A stretch of DNA of 54,293 nt, filler included, from Perkinsus olseni (GCA_013115125.1; 2 parts of 2 records of this genome joined end to end with filler, not necessarily neighbours in it), one strand, 5' to 3'. Counted from the first letter of the whole stretch, positions 12,980-25,629 are shown. Numbers and translations are program-made. The notes: generated by a model from the letters alone, not told the origin.

Positions 12980-15954
12980 ATGTCGTCGTCGTTCTACTCA
13001 TCATGCAACACCAACCGACATAACAGCTATAATATAGTTTCGCATGGCCACTGCTTGCATAGTATGATTCTTGAAGTGCTTGTGTTCCTTAGTACTGAGG
13101 AGCACTACGAGGGTAGATCTCAGAGTAGCTCCTACTACTACTACTGCTACGGTCCTTTCTCCTGGATTCACCCTCTTTTCCTCAGTTCCTCATCCCTACT
13201 CCGACATGTCCGTGTCGGTATCAGTAGGAGGAGTACATGGCACTGCCGCCAGCTCCCTCCACGATACTAGCAGCCTACTGCTGCACTTACGTCCAGGTAG
13301 TAGCACCAGTACCCAAGCCTAGTGGTAGCATACTGACCAGGCACGATATCGGAGGCTGTTGGTAATGTTAGAGAGTCCCGGCTACATCAGTGTGTGCAAA
13401 TTATAAAGGCGTCTGATTTTGGCAGTAGATGTAGTGACAAACGCTACACTGGCTGGGTCAGCAGTATATGCCGCCATGAACACGATAAAGACGCTGTAGC
13501 GGCAGCACTGGTGAGCCTAGACCTCGAACCCTCCTCGTGCCATTGTCTCTGTTATCAGTGCGACATCGCTACACAGTCCATCTCGAGTGGTGGGAGCATG
13601 GACCCTCATAGGTGTGCTAGAGTCCTCAAAGTCATAGAGGACTTCATAGACAAAGGCAATTGGATAATGGAGTCAGCGATAATACTACTACAGCGGTGTA
13701 TTCGACCAGGTAGTATTATTTCCACTCAGGGCTTAAGGTCAGCTGTCTTCACCTTCAGGGGACTTCAGCTCTGGCATGGTGCATCTAACCCAATCCTTGT
13801 TACCATTCCTGCACGCCAATACTGATGCCTTCATCTCTAAGAAAGAGGTCAAACTCTGTCAAGCTACCTTCTATAAATTTGCCACCCTCCTACCGTGCTA
13901 CATCGAGTATAAAGATACCTCTACCGTACCGACACAGAACCTTGCTACACAGTGTGAATCCCTCCTTACCAAGTTTTGGGACAAAAGCCGGCCGTGGATC
14001 GCGGCCATTGGGAGGGACCTCATACGGGTACTATTACCGATATCGAAGTGCCAAGGGGTATCGGAGATATGGTACATGCTAACCACTGGCGATACCACTG
14101 GTAGACGCCTTGCCAAAGTGAGCCACCCCACTTAGTGCTGATAGCTTTGTGAGTGTTGGGGAACAGGTATGTAGTTTGAGTACGCCCTATTGGTTACACC
14201 GGCATCTCATATCACCGACAGAAGAGGAGGAGTTATCATCGCTATTCACAGCTTTTATTGCTGGTAGTCAGAAGCAGATGCAGGACCAGTACTTTGAGAG
14301 GTCCTTCAAGGTGATGACGAACCTCCAAGTACCACACGTTCCCATCATCTTCCTGTCTCCAGCAGGCTGAGGGCCTTCTACTGCGCCACCACGTTATTCA
14401 CACCACGCGGGCTGTGCTGTGCGGTAATCTGCATAACCTCGATACAGAGGTTAGTCGTAATAGTATGATACCGCCACAGCAGAGGGTCTTCCGGTGGCAC
14501 TTCCTCGGATGGTTGGCCCTCATAGCCGGCCAATTCATGACCATTGAGGAACAGGTAGAAGGCCGGGCATGGCCGGGCATGGTTATGGTCGCTCCATGGT
14601 GCCCTCGTCAGGCTTACTTCCGCTTGTCGCTCTTCATAGACTGTCTCCTGGGCGCTGTTGGCGACCCTATCATCATGGCCACCCCTACATCGCCTTCCAC
14701 CCGGTCCTCTGAGGACGGTGGTAACAGCAACAACAGCATCGTCGATGAGGACACTTTGGTGAGTTAATCCCTCCCTACGCATGGACACAGAGTGTTCTCT
14801 CTTGCAGGTGAAGTCGTTGGTGGATGGCAGAGATAGGCTCATACCAACTAGCTATCGGGAATGGGATCCTCACCTCCCACCACCGATAACACCACCTCCC
14901 AAGGGCGGTAAGGACAAACCCACTATACTCGATGGCTTTATGCCTGTACATGACCTTATCTACGAGGTAGTACGCATTGCTGCTGCGATAATGATCGCAA
15001 CGGCCCTCCTCCTCACCCTCAGGAATTGCCCACTGAGCGCTCTGTAGCAGTACCGTTGCTAGTGGTACTGGGGTTATCAATAGATCACCTATTGCCATCA
15101 GCAGCATCAGCGAAGCTAACACGGCTGGTGATACGCAGAAGGCTACTGGGAGGAGGTTGGTTATACGTATTTACCCTCAGAATCTAGCAACCTCCGTCTC
15201 CGAGACTTTATTCCAGTGCGCTGTGGAGACCCTACGACGAGGACGAGACTACAGTAACGACACCCTTGTTGGTAGGGTCGAGACACTTAGCGTCACAGTA
15301 ATAAGGGCCCAACATCATATGCTGGATGATTGTTGTACCACTTTTCATCCCCTACCTGTCCACTGGGCTCCTCTACCTTATCCTCAGGCACGTCTGCCTA
15401 GGTCTCTAAAAGTGTGCTTCGATGCGGTATCGAAGGCAATAGATAAGCTGTGTTTCTCTCGAGAGGAGTATGAGACCCCAGAATGGCTGGACAAGACCCC
15501 GAGAGCCGTCCTACAGCGAATCATTCTGCCCGACCCTGCCCCGCCCCCACTACCAGCTGCTAACAATGATGTAGCTATGCTTGTTGGTATTATTACTGTT
15601 ATCCTCCTTATTCGTTAGGACCTGGAGGGCCCCGTCATGGAGGACAGTTGGGATGAGGAGGGGAACTATTCTGAGATTAGTGATACTGACGATGGCACTG
15701 CCTCTGTGATGACAGAGGCAGCGACGTTCCCTGAACCAACGCCAGCAGAGCAGGCTCCAGCTTCCGAGGCGGACCAGAATAGAGTGCAGCAGCCTAGTGT
15801 TGCCGATGGCGCTATTGATCAAGCTACGTCGAACACGGCTGAGATGCGGAATGGAGTTGGCAACTCCCCCGAAAATGGTAATGGTGGTGATAAGAGCAAA
15901 GGCAGTAAGGTGATGGAGCTACTTATGCTACTACAGAAGGGGCAACAAGGATGA
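12980..15954 (+). CDS. INTS3: Integrator complex subunit 3 / SOSS-A-like protein (divergent), multi-exon
   Basis: Motifs appear in the order I recall for INTS3: IGRDLIRVLLPISKCQGVSEIW (cf. [22 protein letters not shown]), HLISPTEEEEL..GSQKQMQDQYFER (cf. RLTPDMETKL..GQQKRYQDWFQR), RWHFLGWL (cf. RWAIIGWL), RLSLFIDCL (cf. KLALFYDWL). Confidence 0.72.
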
Positions 15955-16157
15955 TGATCATTTTCATGTCCTACTCAACTGACACCAACGATGCTATAAC
16001 AACGATAAGATTACTAGTCACTATTGCTACTGTACAACAGTTTCTCAACGATAGCATTTCCTGTCTCAGAGATGTATTACTTCACGGGGAACTGTGCTGA
16101 CAACATGCTTCTCTTGTCAGACTGTTGTTGTTTGCCACCCTCCCCCATCCTGTTCCA

Positions 16158-16874
16158 ATGAATCTAGCAGCTCTAATGTCGAGACGCTTCATGGTCGTCT
16201 GGGTGGCATGGGTGGTCCTCGCTGTAGCCTACACGGTGTGGATCTTCGAGTCACCAGACTCGCAAGGTGCTAGCTCACCATTGATGATTGTACTCATGTG
16301 CATCCTGATAGCAGTACCAATAGTAGCCCTATTCGTGGGTAGTAGGATGGTGAAGAAGCTCTTCCCTCCCCCACCCCCTCGCGGTACCTATCGCAGAGAC
16401 AGCGTCATTGATCTGGAGGATGGTAGAGGTAGATTCCCTACCATGGACTCAGTGATGGAGAGTGCAACCTCGCAGAGCTTCTTCAAGGCCTGGGACTACT
16501 GGGTGCAGGACAACACCACTACTGCTACTACTATAGACGACATCTCCCATGATGATGGTGCTGATGGCCATCGTGATGAGGAGCCATGCGCTATATGTCT
16601 GTCGGAGTATCAAGTTGGGGAGGTATCAAGACGCCTTCCTTGTGGTCATAGTTTCCACACATGCTGCTTCGACAACTGCTTCGCATGTCGTCCACGAGGC
16701 TTCAAGCTGCACCATGTCTGCCCACTCTGTCGTGCAGCATTAGGGCCCACTCTCATTGAACTGAAGAGGGTGAGAGAAGAGGAGGAGGAGCAAGAGTCCG
16801 GCGACAATGATCAGCAAGGCCAGGTGGACGAACCGGCCCCTTCTCCGACCGCGGCCACTACACGGGCATCTTGA
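16158..16874 (+). CDS. 2-TM RING-H2 zinc-finger protein, copy 1 (intronless)
   Basis: Two hydrophobic helices, then CAICLSEYQVGEVSRRLPCGHSFHTCC-x17-CPLC. Confidence 0.9.
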   Translation: MNLAALMSRRFMVVWVAWVVLAVAYTVWIFESPDSQGASSPLMIVLMCILIAVPIVALFVGSRMVKKLFPPPPPRGTYRRDSVIDLEDGRGRFPTMDSVMESATSQSFFKAWDYWVQDNTTTATTIDDISHDDGADGHRDEEPCAICLSEYQVGEVSRRLPCGHSFHTCCFDNCFACRPRGFKLHHVCPLCRAALGPTLIELKRVREEEEEQESGDNDQQGQVDEPAPSPTAATTRAS

Positions 16875-17561
16875 GCTGGTCGTGATGCTAAGCATCATCC
16901 TAGTGTAACATTACCGGTCTGGTAGAGTTATGTCAGAGTTACTACTCTTCGATTGAGAGGGAGCTCCTGAGATTGTTGAACATGCCTATTATTCGCTTAG
17001 TCCTGGCTCTTCAGGCCGTACGTTCATCTCCCTTCCCGTATTCCTTCATATGCTGCTGCTGCCGCCCAACTCTAGGTATTTCTCTCTGTTTTACTGTCGG
17101 TGTCCGATGGGGACGTATTGGGCCGATGAGTCTCTCTGCAGCAACAACAATAACGGCAACAGCTCCAAGATTCGGACTTCTATGCCATGCTTCTGGCAGG
17201 ACCGGTGCAAGGGCACACGTTGACTGCACCACCCAACTTCCATCGTGCTGACTGTCATTGTTGTCGTTGGCAAGAGCCGCTAGAGTACTCGCAGCAGTGA
17301 TTCTCATATCTCCGTTATACTGTTCCGGCCATAACGCTTGCTGCTGTACCCAACGTTACTGTATTATACAGACTCCCTCGACAGAAGAGTAGAATCGTCG
17401 TTGTTTTGTCGGCGGTGTTTTTCCTGATGCTCTTCGTCTAATGAGTCTGCTGCTGCTGCTGCCACCTTTATCTGTTTCTACCGTCATACGTTCGTATTGA
17501 GTTAGTGCATTGACGCTCACCTTCTTCACGATAGTTCTTCATCGGAGGTTCTAAGTTTAAT

Positions 17562-18272
17562 ATGACCCCCTCAGCGACGAGTATGGATGAATCACCAAAT
17601 ACTACACCACGGTCTCGTCCAAGTGATGACCCTGATCGCCGTCATCATCACCATCGCCGTCGAGTCATTCGAGAAGCGTTCCGCACCGGTGTCTGTGCCC
17701 CAAAGTTCAGAGCCATGTGGATTGGTTGGCTCATTATGTACATCAGTTTGGCCGTATTTATTGGCCTCTCTGGCGAAGGGTGGCCTATCTTAGTAGCCTA
17801 TCTGCTGGCCTTCGGAGTCTTGCCTCCAATAGCAATAGTCAAGCGTGTTTCCAACATACAGAAGAGAGAGGCAGCCCTGAGAGATCAAGCTTGTCGAGAC
17901 CGAGCAGAAGAGCTAGCTCATGATAAGCTCGCGACTGAGAAGTGGTTGAAGGATAATTGCGAGACTATGATGGGGAATGATCCACGGTGTATCTGTTACT
18001 GCAAGGATGAGTGCGCTATCTGCTTATCGGATTATCATCCTAGCGACGTACTTATTCTACTGCCATGCCATCATATATATCATCTACAGTGCATCAAGAT
18101 GCTGTTAGATGCTCCCATGTCATATGAAGACAGCTGTCCTAGATGCCCACTCTGTCGTGCAAGACTCGGCGAAGTCCTGCTTCCTGAGAAATGCGTAGCC
18201 GGTGATGCTGTGAGCACCGGCGTTGCTGTTGCCACTCCGCCTACCACAAGTAATTCTGTACAACGAGTGTAA
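17562..18272 (+). CDS. 2-TM RING-H2 zinc-finger protein, copy 2 (intronless)
   Basis: Two TM helices, then CAICLSDYHPSDVLILLPCHHIYHLQC-x17-CPLC. Confidence 0.9.
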   Translation: MTPSATSMDESPNTTPRSRPSDDPDRRHHHHRRRVIREAFRTGVCAPKFRAMWIGWLIMYISLAVFIGLSGEGWPILVAYLLAFGVLPPIAIVKRVSNIQKREAALRDQACRDRAEELAHDKLATEKWLKDNCETMMGNDPRCICYCKDECAICLSDYHPSDVLILLPCHHIYHLQCIKMLLDAPMSYEDSCPRCPLCRARLGEVLLPEKCVAGDAVSTGVAVATPPTTSNSVQRV

Positions 18273-18886
18273 AGGGGGTAAAATAGCTCCGATGCATTGA
18301 CCTTGTTTAATCTGCATGACAATAGTGTAAAATTAGTAGGGCGGGGATGCCGGTGGGCACTGCTCACAGAGCCCTCCCTCTCCTCCTCCCGTTTGATCTG
18401 TCCTCTCTACGGTATAATCATCATCACCATTCACTTGTTTTCCTCTTCTGCTGAGCGGATGGGCTTCCGAAGAGAAGTCTTTGCGCAATTAAATTTTTCG
18501 CTCCTGATGTTCAGTAGTAGCATCAGAAGGTGTGGGGCTCACTATTGGCTGCTTCTACTATTGATTTTGTAGAGTCGTAGCACTCACTTATCGTTCCTTA
18601 ATGACTTATCTCATTCTACCTCCTATCGTATTTTTATCGTTACCGTCGTCGTAGTGGTTGTACGTTGAGCATCTCAGTCTCAATGACGCTCACTCCGACA
18701 CCGGACCATACTTTGTAGAATCGTGCTTGGCTGCAGTTAGCAGTCGGCAGAGAACCCACGCTTATTCTCCCACTATGCGGTCTTGTGTTGCTCTCTTGGA
18801 GATGCTGAAGTTTGTGTTCATCTCCCCAGTGACTCGGTCTAGTTTATATGTGCTCTCCGCCCTCCTCCCTCAGTTTATGTTTTTTG

Positions 18887-19687
18887 ATGGACACTCTGAA
18901 GGCATTAGTGAGACGGGAGACGTATGCCCCAGCGCTTGAGAGACGCTTCCGTTTCGTATGGTTACTTTATTTAATAATTTACGTTGTCATCGCGGCTGTT
19001 CTCGTCATCATGGTGCAGTTTGACTATATCTTCTTTATTTACTGTACCGTGGCTGCTGTCATACCATCTATCTTGATCATACGATATTGCTACAAGATCG
19101 AGAAGAGAGAAGAGGAAGAAAACCGGGCTGTGATACAAGCACATCTCGATGGGACTGATGAGGCTGGTATAAGACGACGATGTCGTGCATGGCTGAGGCA
19201 TAGTTGCCGCAAGGTGGATGGTTCGGAACCTACGCTGACTGGCAGGGTCTGTCCCATATGCCTAGGTGACTTTAGTGTTGGTGACAGGGTATGGATACTG
19301 CCATGTCTCCATGCTTATCATGTGCAATGCCTTGACATTATGCTTAAGGAGAGTAAACCAGAGCAAGGCAAGATCTTCAGATGTCCCATCTGCCGTGTTG
19401 AGCTGGGGATGGAGGGAGAACATCTCGCCGCCGCTGTCGCTGGTGATGGCCCCGTTCGTCCCTTCATCATTAGCGGCGAAAACTCTGTAGTTGTGTCGCC
19501 GACCCCGACTGCACCTGTTGAGCAACATGGAGAGGCTCCATGCAGTTCGGGCACCCAATTGATGACAGCAGATGTACCAGATTCCAACGACAATGGAGAC
19601 GCTAACGCCTCCCAGGATCGCGATAGACGTAGAAGAAGCAATACAGGATGTGTGGCCGCCGTGGCGAGAGGGAGCCTCGTGCTGTGA
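18887..19687 (+). CDS. 2-TM RING-H2 zinc-finger protein, copy 3 (intronless; alternative start 18848)
   Basis: Two TM helices, then CPICLGDFSVGDRVWILPCLHAYHVQC-x17-CPIC. Confidence 0.9.
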   Translation: MDTLKALVRRETYAPALERRFRFVWLLYLIIYVVIAAVLVIMVQFDYIFFIYCTVAAVIPSILIIRYCYKIEKREEEENRAVIQAHLDGTDEAGIRRRCRAWLRHSCRKVDGSEPTLTGRVCPICLGDFSVGDRVWILPCLHAYHVQCLDIMLKESKPEQGKIFRCPICRVELGMEGEHLAAAVAGDGPVRPFIISGENSVVVSPTPTAPVEQHGEAPCSSGTQLMTADVPDSNDNGDANASQDRDRRRRSNTGCVAAVARGSLVL

Positions 19688-20517
19688 CGACATTGCTGAC
19701 AAGATGGACAGAGCAATGATATATTTTGTCTCTCTAATAACTGTCATCGAAGATGTTTTACGGGTGACTCGATGATGGTTTTCGTCATTCGGCTCGCTTT
19801 CCTTCTGCTTTGCGTGTTGTTGTCTTCTCCCTGCTTCCTGCGGTGTCGCCATCGCTTTGACCAGTGCGGATCGCTGGCGAACTTCCGCTCCTGGTATCTG
19901 CGACATCTATTACCGCTCAATACAGTATGATCATTCTTCCCTCTACCATTCCTCTACCGCCTGAGTGTGTGTCTTGCAGCAGACGGAGACACGGTCTAAA
20001 GTGACAGTGAAATCTGACTAGTCTTGGGCCGGTGTCAAGAGATGAATTTATATGAGCTGGGGCTAACAATTGGAGATGCTTATGATGTGCAAAATGTGCA
20101 GAATCGTTCGTATGGCTCACGAAGTTCCCTTCCGACATGGAGCCCCTCGAGAATACAGCCCACGCTTTAGTGATTACTGACATCCGTTTCTTTGCTGATA
20201 TATATCCCCTTGCATGCACTGTTATCTCTCCTCTCTGCGGTAGCCCGTCATTCCTGGCATCTCGTCCAGGAGCCACTGGGCCCGATTATACCGGAGCCTT
20301 CCTTCTCATATACTCGGCTGTTGCTGTTAACCCCAGTGGGGTGACATTGCCCATCATCCAATGATAATCAAAGAATTCGAGACTTCACTTGGAGTCGCCT
20401 TTATAGTAGTGCGGAATGACTGTTTCATTCCTCCGTTCACCTCTACCACTCATCGAGTAATCTTGTGTTCGCTACAGCAAACGGGTGATATCAATTTCGC
20501 AGCTCCCTTCTAACTTT

Positions 20518-21123
20518 ATGTCATTCCGGCTCTCCAGAATCCATCCAGCCTTCCAACGCCGTTACCTGGGAATGTGGTTGGGCTGGATTGTGGCCTGTCC
20601 TTGCGCTGCCGTCGGCATCGTTATGTCAGCCCCTGGTCAAGGCTATGTGTTCCTTGTCTATGTTATACTCTGTGGTGTTGTACCTCCCCTACTCATTATG
20701 CAATACGCCCATAATGTCAAGGCTCGAGAGGAGCGCCGACGACTCGAGACGTTGAACAGGAGGACTTCTCGGTCAAAAGTTGATGTTGACGACAACGAGA
20801 TCGCTGCCTTGCACAGGGAATGGGACGAGTGGTTGAAGGAGAAATGTGAATATATCCATGGCTCGGATCTCACGGGTGACGAGGAGCCATGCGCAATTTG
20901 CCTTGTCGATTATACATCCGATGATGAGGTCGTGAGACTTCCGTGTGGACATGAGTATCATACTGACTGTATCCGTCTCATGTTCGACTCATTTCCTCGG
21001 AATGGTACGTTGTACCACAGATGCCCGTTGTGCCGGGTTGAAATCGGCCGGCTCGAACAAGCGTCTTCTGAGAGCCCACATGACAGCGTGGATGTCTCAC
21101 CTCCATCGCCAGTGTCGTCTTGA
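20518..21123 (+). CDS. 2-TM RING-H2 zinc-finger protein, copy 4 (intronless)
   Basis: Two TM helices, then CAICLVDYTSDDEVVRLPCGHEYHTDC-x17-CPLC. Confidence 0.9.
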   Translation: MSFRLSRIHPAFQRRYLGMWLGWIVACPCAAVGIVMSAPGQGYVFLVYVILCGVVPPLLIMQYAHNVKAREERRRLETLNRRTSRSKVDVDDNEIAALHREWDEWLKEKCEYIHGSDLTGDEEPCAICLVDYTSDDEVVRLPCGHEYHTDCIRLMFDSFPRNGTLYHRCPLCRVEIGRLEQASSESPHDSVDVSPPSPVSS

Positions 21124-23653
21124 CATTTTCTAAGGCGAATTACGGGCTCACCCTGAAGCATTTTCAGCTCTTGTGGTGTGCGCCTCGATTCAGGGATTCA
21201 TTTATCTTCTCTGCCAAAAGCTCTCTCCTTGTTTATTCTACCGTTTTAGGACACGCGTTTGTTCGCTGTAAACGGATGTCATCGTTCGTTGTCTGGTGGA
21301 CGTCCTTCAGCGTGTCCTTCGAAGCAACATTTTACATCTTCGCCAGTTTAAACAAGTTATGTATTTCATTATGTATTTATAGTGCGAGAAAGCAACCGCC
21401 AGCGTAGAGTATCTGACTCGTAACTTTTTGATGACTCTATGCTATTCGTAGTCTACAGCTCTTCGGGCTTATTGCATTGATTCACTGGTCTCGCATATCT
21501 TCCCTGAGAGTCACCTCTGATGGCGAGCATCCTTAGTCATTGTATGATGTAAAGTGAGTGTTCGACAGGGGAAATGATCTCAGCGTGAGTGCCCCTACTG
21601 GGGCTGTTGCAGCCGAGAAATTTCTCAATGGTAGCTTTCGGAAGACGTAGTGCGGTTGTGTTATCTGTAGTCAATCTCATGTTCGATGGCCGTGCATTGC
21701 TCATCAGTACGAATACTACCTAGATAGATGACTGTAAAATTGAAGTTTAATAATGGGTGCAAGAGGACGGTGAATGGTTTGCCCTACTGAGCTGGGGCTC
21801 CCGCGCGTCGCCGGCGAAAATTAGAGTATCGAACTCTGTGCTCAAATTCCTGGAAGCTCGGTTTGTTGGCAAGGAAGTCCGTTGTACACGGGTCCTAAAT
21901 CTCAAATCTACCTTATCACGAGGTGTGACCCCTCAGCAGCGTCGTGTCTTAGGGTTGGTCGCAGGATCGTATGAAGCGAACAAAAGGCTTCCGAATACCA
22001 CCCTGTGTACTCCTTTACGCGACTGAAACTTAGCCACAGTACACTGTATTGAAACGGAAGGACTAACAGCGGTGGCACGAGGAGGATCTCCAGGCGGTAC
22101 GCTCATAGAAGAACTGACATACGCAGTGAAACATCAGACATTGACTGGACGATCACCTCAAAGAGATGACAACTGTCGATGTGTTTTGTTACATGTGTTG
22201 AGTACCACCAGTAGTTGAAAAGCTGTTGGCAGGAAATTGAGGATCTAGATTAGATCAAATGGCTATGAACAGTAAGCCTCGTATATCACTATAGAGGCGC
22301 GGCCCGTCGAAGCTATCGTGACGGATCAGCGGAAAGACCTGTTGTGCCTACTTTTGTCAATCCCGTGCTCACCCGTTGCTAAGCAGATACACGAAGCGCT
22401 CCTAGTCCTGAGGGACATCTAGATTCACTGACAATCGAATGAAGCTACACTTCCATCACTTCGAAAGTTGAGTATACGGTGAATTTGAAGCTATACCGTT
22501 GCTGAAGCGTAGTGGGATAGCTGTATCATGAGTGCAGTGATGAGTCGCTCTTTTAAGAATCCGAGATATTCCCAAACAGCTTGAGATGATGAAAGCTTAA
22601 GTGACCTCAAAAGCCGGCACACGCCCCGGCTAGCCGCATAGGAGCTATAAAGCTCTAATAGCTTCGTTTCATGGCGGCACGACTAAGGCTGAGACTTTAA
22701 GCCTCAGTCACAGTCCGTCTCAGAGATGAGAAGCTTAGCGTCACTAAGCGTCACAGAAGCTGAGCAAACATCCTCACATTCCTGCTTCCTATTAACAAAA
22801 AACGCTTAACGCCGTTAATGGAAATGTTAGAAAGAGAGTAACCGATGATCCACGACAACGTAACAGTAACACGAAGCAGCCTACTAACGGGCACACTGGG
22901 CGCGTAACATACACAGTCCTTAAGGGCAATACTAATGACGTTACAGCACATCACCACTCACAGGAAGACTATAGTATGCTGATTGAGGAAATCAATGCTG
23001 CGCACGAGCGGCATCAATCAAAGGCGTTGAACTTGCCGACTACCGCAACTATCCTGCTACGCCCGGGACTAACGTCACAAGATGTTGAACACTAGAATGC
23101 CAAGAAACAGGCGACTACGATTTACGGAACGGGGAAGGACTGAATATGATAGGCTCGTGACAGAATTAGTAGACGTCGCGATACTATGGGACACTGCCGG
23201 CCGACCAACTTAGGAACCGACTACCCATACAAGAGGTACTCGATGAATCGGTACTCACAATCTTACATCTATTCAGTGAATAGATGTAAGATTGTGAGTA
23301 CCGATTCATGAATAGTATTGAATAGTGAATAGTATTCACTACTAGCAGTATCGTTAAGAAAAAGGGGACAACTACACAAAGGAAACCAATAGGGGGATGA
23401 TACTCATGACTTATCCGTATGATCATCCACACTGTCAATGCCACTAGCCGTTCGCTATAGGTAGCTTGCAACAGGGAAACAAGACGCTAAATTCGTGCTG
23501 CAAAGATACTCTTGAGTGACACTTCGACTCGCTCGTTAACGGTGATATCGAGGAGGATACCAAAAACCATGTATGAGAGAACCTAGGACTGCGATAACTT
23601 CGCACAAACAGAGCGTCTCGTCACAACACTGCTGGCACCAAGCAGTAGTACAA

Positions 23654-25629
23654 CTACCGCAGTACCACATGAAGGTCTTTGCATACACTTCCCATGGCCT
23701 GCGTCTCATTTAGGTGAACCTCCTGGCCCGTGATGGCAGAGAACGCTATGCCCGCCATGGCACACACCTGTCCGCTGAGTGCAGCCGGACCAAAGGAGAC
23801 ACCAAACACTACCCTGTCAGAAAGGTAGGGTTTGCCGCATGTAGTGAGGGGTAGTTCCTTATTCAGGCGGCAACGATAAAATGCTTTACTCAAATCCAGA
23901 AAGGTCGCCGTGAACCCTCGTTTCCAGGCGAGGCGAGCGGGCATCTCAAGCTGGTACACATCATAACCGGAATACCTCGCAGCTGGTAAGACCCGATTCA
24001 ACGCTCTTGCATCTGAACAGGGCCGTACCTTTGTAGATTTCCAGTCACCTTGTGCCAGAGGAAATGTAACAATAGGAGGGCCACTAGCTAAAGGTAATTG
24101 CCCGTCAGGAGTTGGAGGCCGATCTCTCCACCATTTCTTGTCTAGGTACATGGAGATCTCCTTATGAAAGCTCTGCTGTTGACTCAGGGTGAGTTCACGG
24201 AGCTTCGAGAGAGAATAGTCCCCTTGTCGGATTGAACCCTGCTGGGAAGGAGGAGATGCAGTACTCTCATACCGTGGGTCCCAAGAGACCTCCCAACAAC
24301 AAGTCTGTTGTGGAGTGTCATGTACTTCAGGTTTCCGACGTGGACGGAGGGGGGGGGGGTGTACCGCCATTCTTCCACGAGCGTTTCGTCCAGGGTTTGT
24401 TCGGTGCCAAAGTGTTTCATCCACTGTTCATTTCGTCTCAAGTTTTTCATCCGACAAGAATGTGCTCGTTGCGTCCAACATTTTTTCGTATTCGTTCGCT
24501 TCAACTACGATTCTTTCATATGCGGGCGTTTTATCGTGAAATGCTCTAAGATCGCTCGTTTGTCTTTCGATCTTTTCGTCTAAGGGTGATACCTCCGCAT
24601 ATGGCCCATATGGCCCATATGATATGGGTTTGTCCCAGAAAATGACACGCCCATGGATAGAACTTGGGAACGTAAGTACTGTAGCCTGCCGCACTAACCT
24701 ACTCATCAATATCACTCGACCATTCTGAACGATCCAAAACACACCTGTCGTATGGCTGCCCATTCACTTAGTCAAATGATGAGCTTCATCAACATATTGG
24801 CCATTGAATTCACTGTGTTCAACAACTACGAGGCCCAGGTCAGAGGGCTGAATGGGAGACTACGGGGGAACCCTGCGAACACACTCTGAGCGATGCCAAA
24901 ATTGCCCTGGACGAAACGAACATGGATGAATCGATTCACTGGTGTATGAAAAGTAGTAGATGAGGCTTTCTGGAAGAAACAATCGTTGTGAGAGCATGAA
25001 TGGATGAAACGGCGTGGAAGAAAAGAATTGACCGAAAAGATCGTAAATGAACCGGAGGTGGACGAACCGAGCTGGACCAAAGTAACGTGGACGACTCTAG
25101 GTGTACGAATCCGCTCATTAACGAGAAGATCGTGGACGGAACATACCATGGGCGAAACGTGTCAGTACGAATGGCGGTACCCCGCGGAGGGGGCCTTGAT
25201 ACCGTGAAGCTCCTGGGAGAGGCCGAGGTTGAAGCATCCGTTTGCTGAGAATATCCAGAGCTCGCTGCTCTTGAGCTTCGATTTGCTCATCAAGACTTGA
25301 TGATCAAGTCTGACAGAGAGGTTGAGAGGTGTGCTCTGATGTACCTCCGGGTCCCCCGGGATGTGGACTATGACTCCCAGATGTTGTATGTCAGTGTATG
25401 AGAGTAGAAGTCCAAGCCCCGATGGCAAGTGATCGACTAGACGTGCATCAACAGCGAGGTGCTTGTCTGATGGCCAAGATGGTTTTAGTCGAATACGGGC
25501 TATCGTAGATGAAGTAGACTCTCCGTGAGTTGGGTCATTCACAGTGTCTAGATGAATAGGAGTCGTCTCTTGTTGGGCAAGCTCCAAGTGCTGTGCGCAG
25601 GTACGAGACAGGAGGGTATGAGAGCACAT
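23654..25629 (-). mobile_element. Degenerate LTR-retrotransposon pol remnant (protease-like fragment plus truncated reverse transcriptase)
   Basis: ORF 23654-24424 has RT motifs KVRPCSDARALN, FLDLSKAFY and FGVSFGPAAL, but stops before a YxDD. ORF 25162-25629 resembles the C-terminal part of a retropepsin (CSHTLLS...LVDHLPSGLGLLLS). Stops and frameshifts lie between them. Confidence 0.8.

Noticed and set aside
24349..24359. G11 run upstream of the RT motifs as a programmed frameshift site
   Set aside because: The element is degenerate; homopolymer slippage or sequencing error is a simpler explanation.
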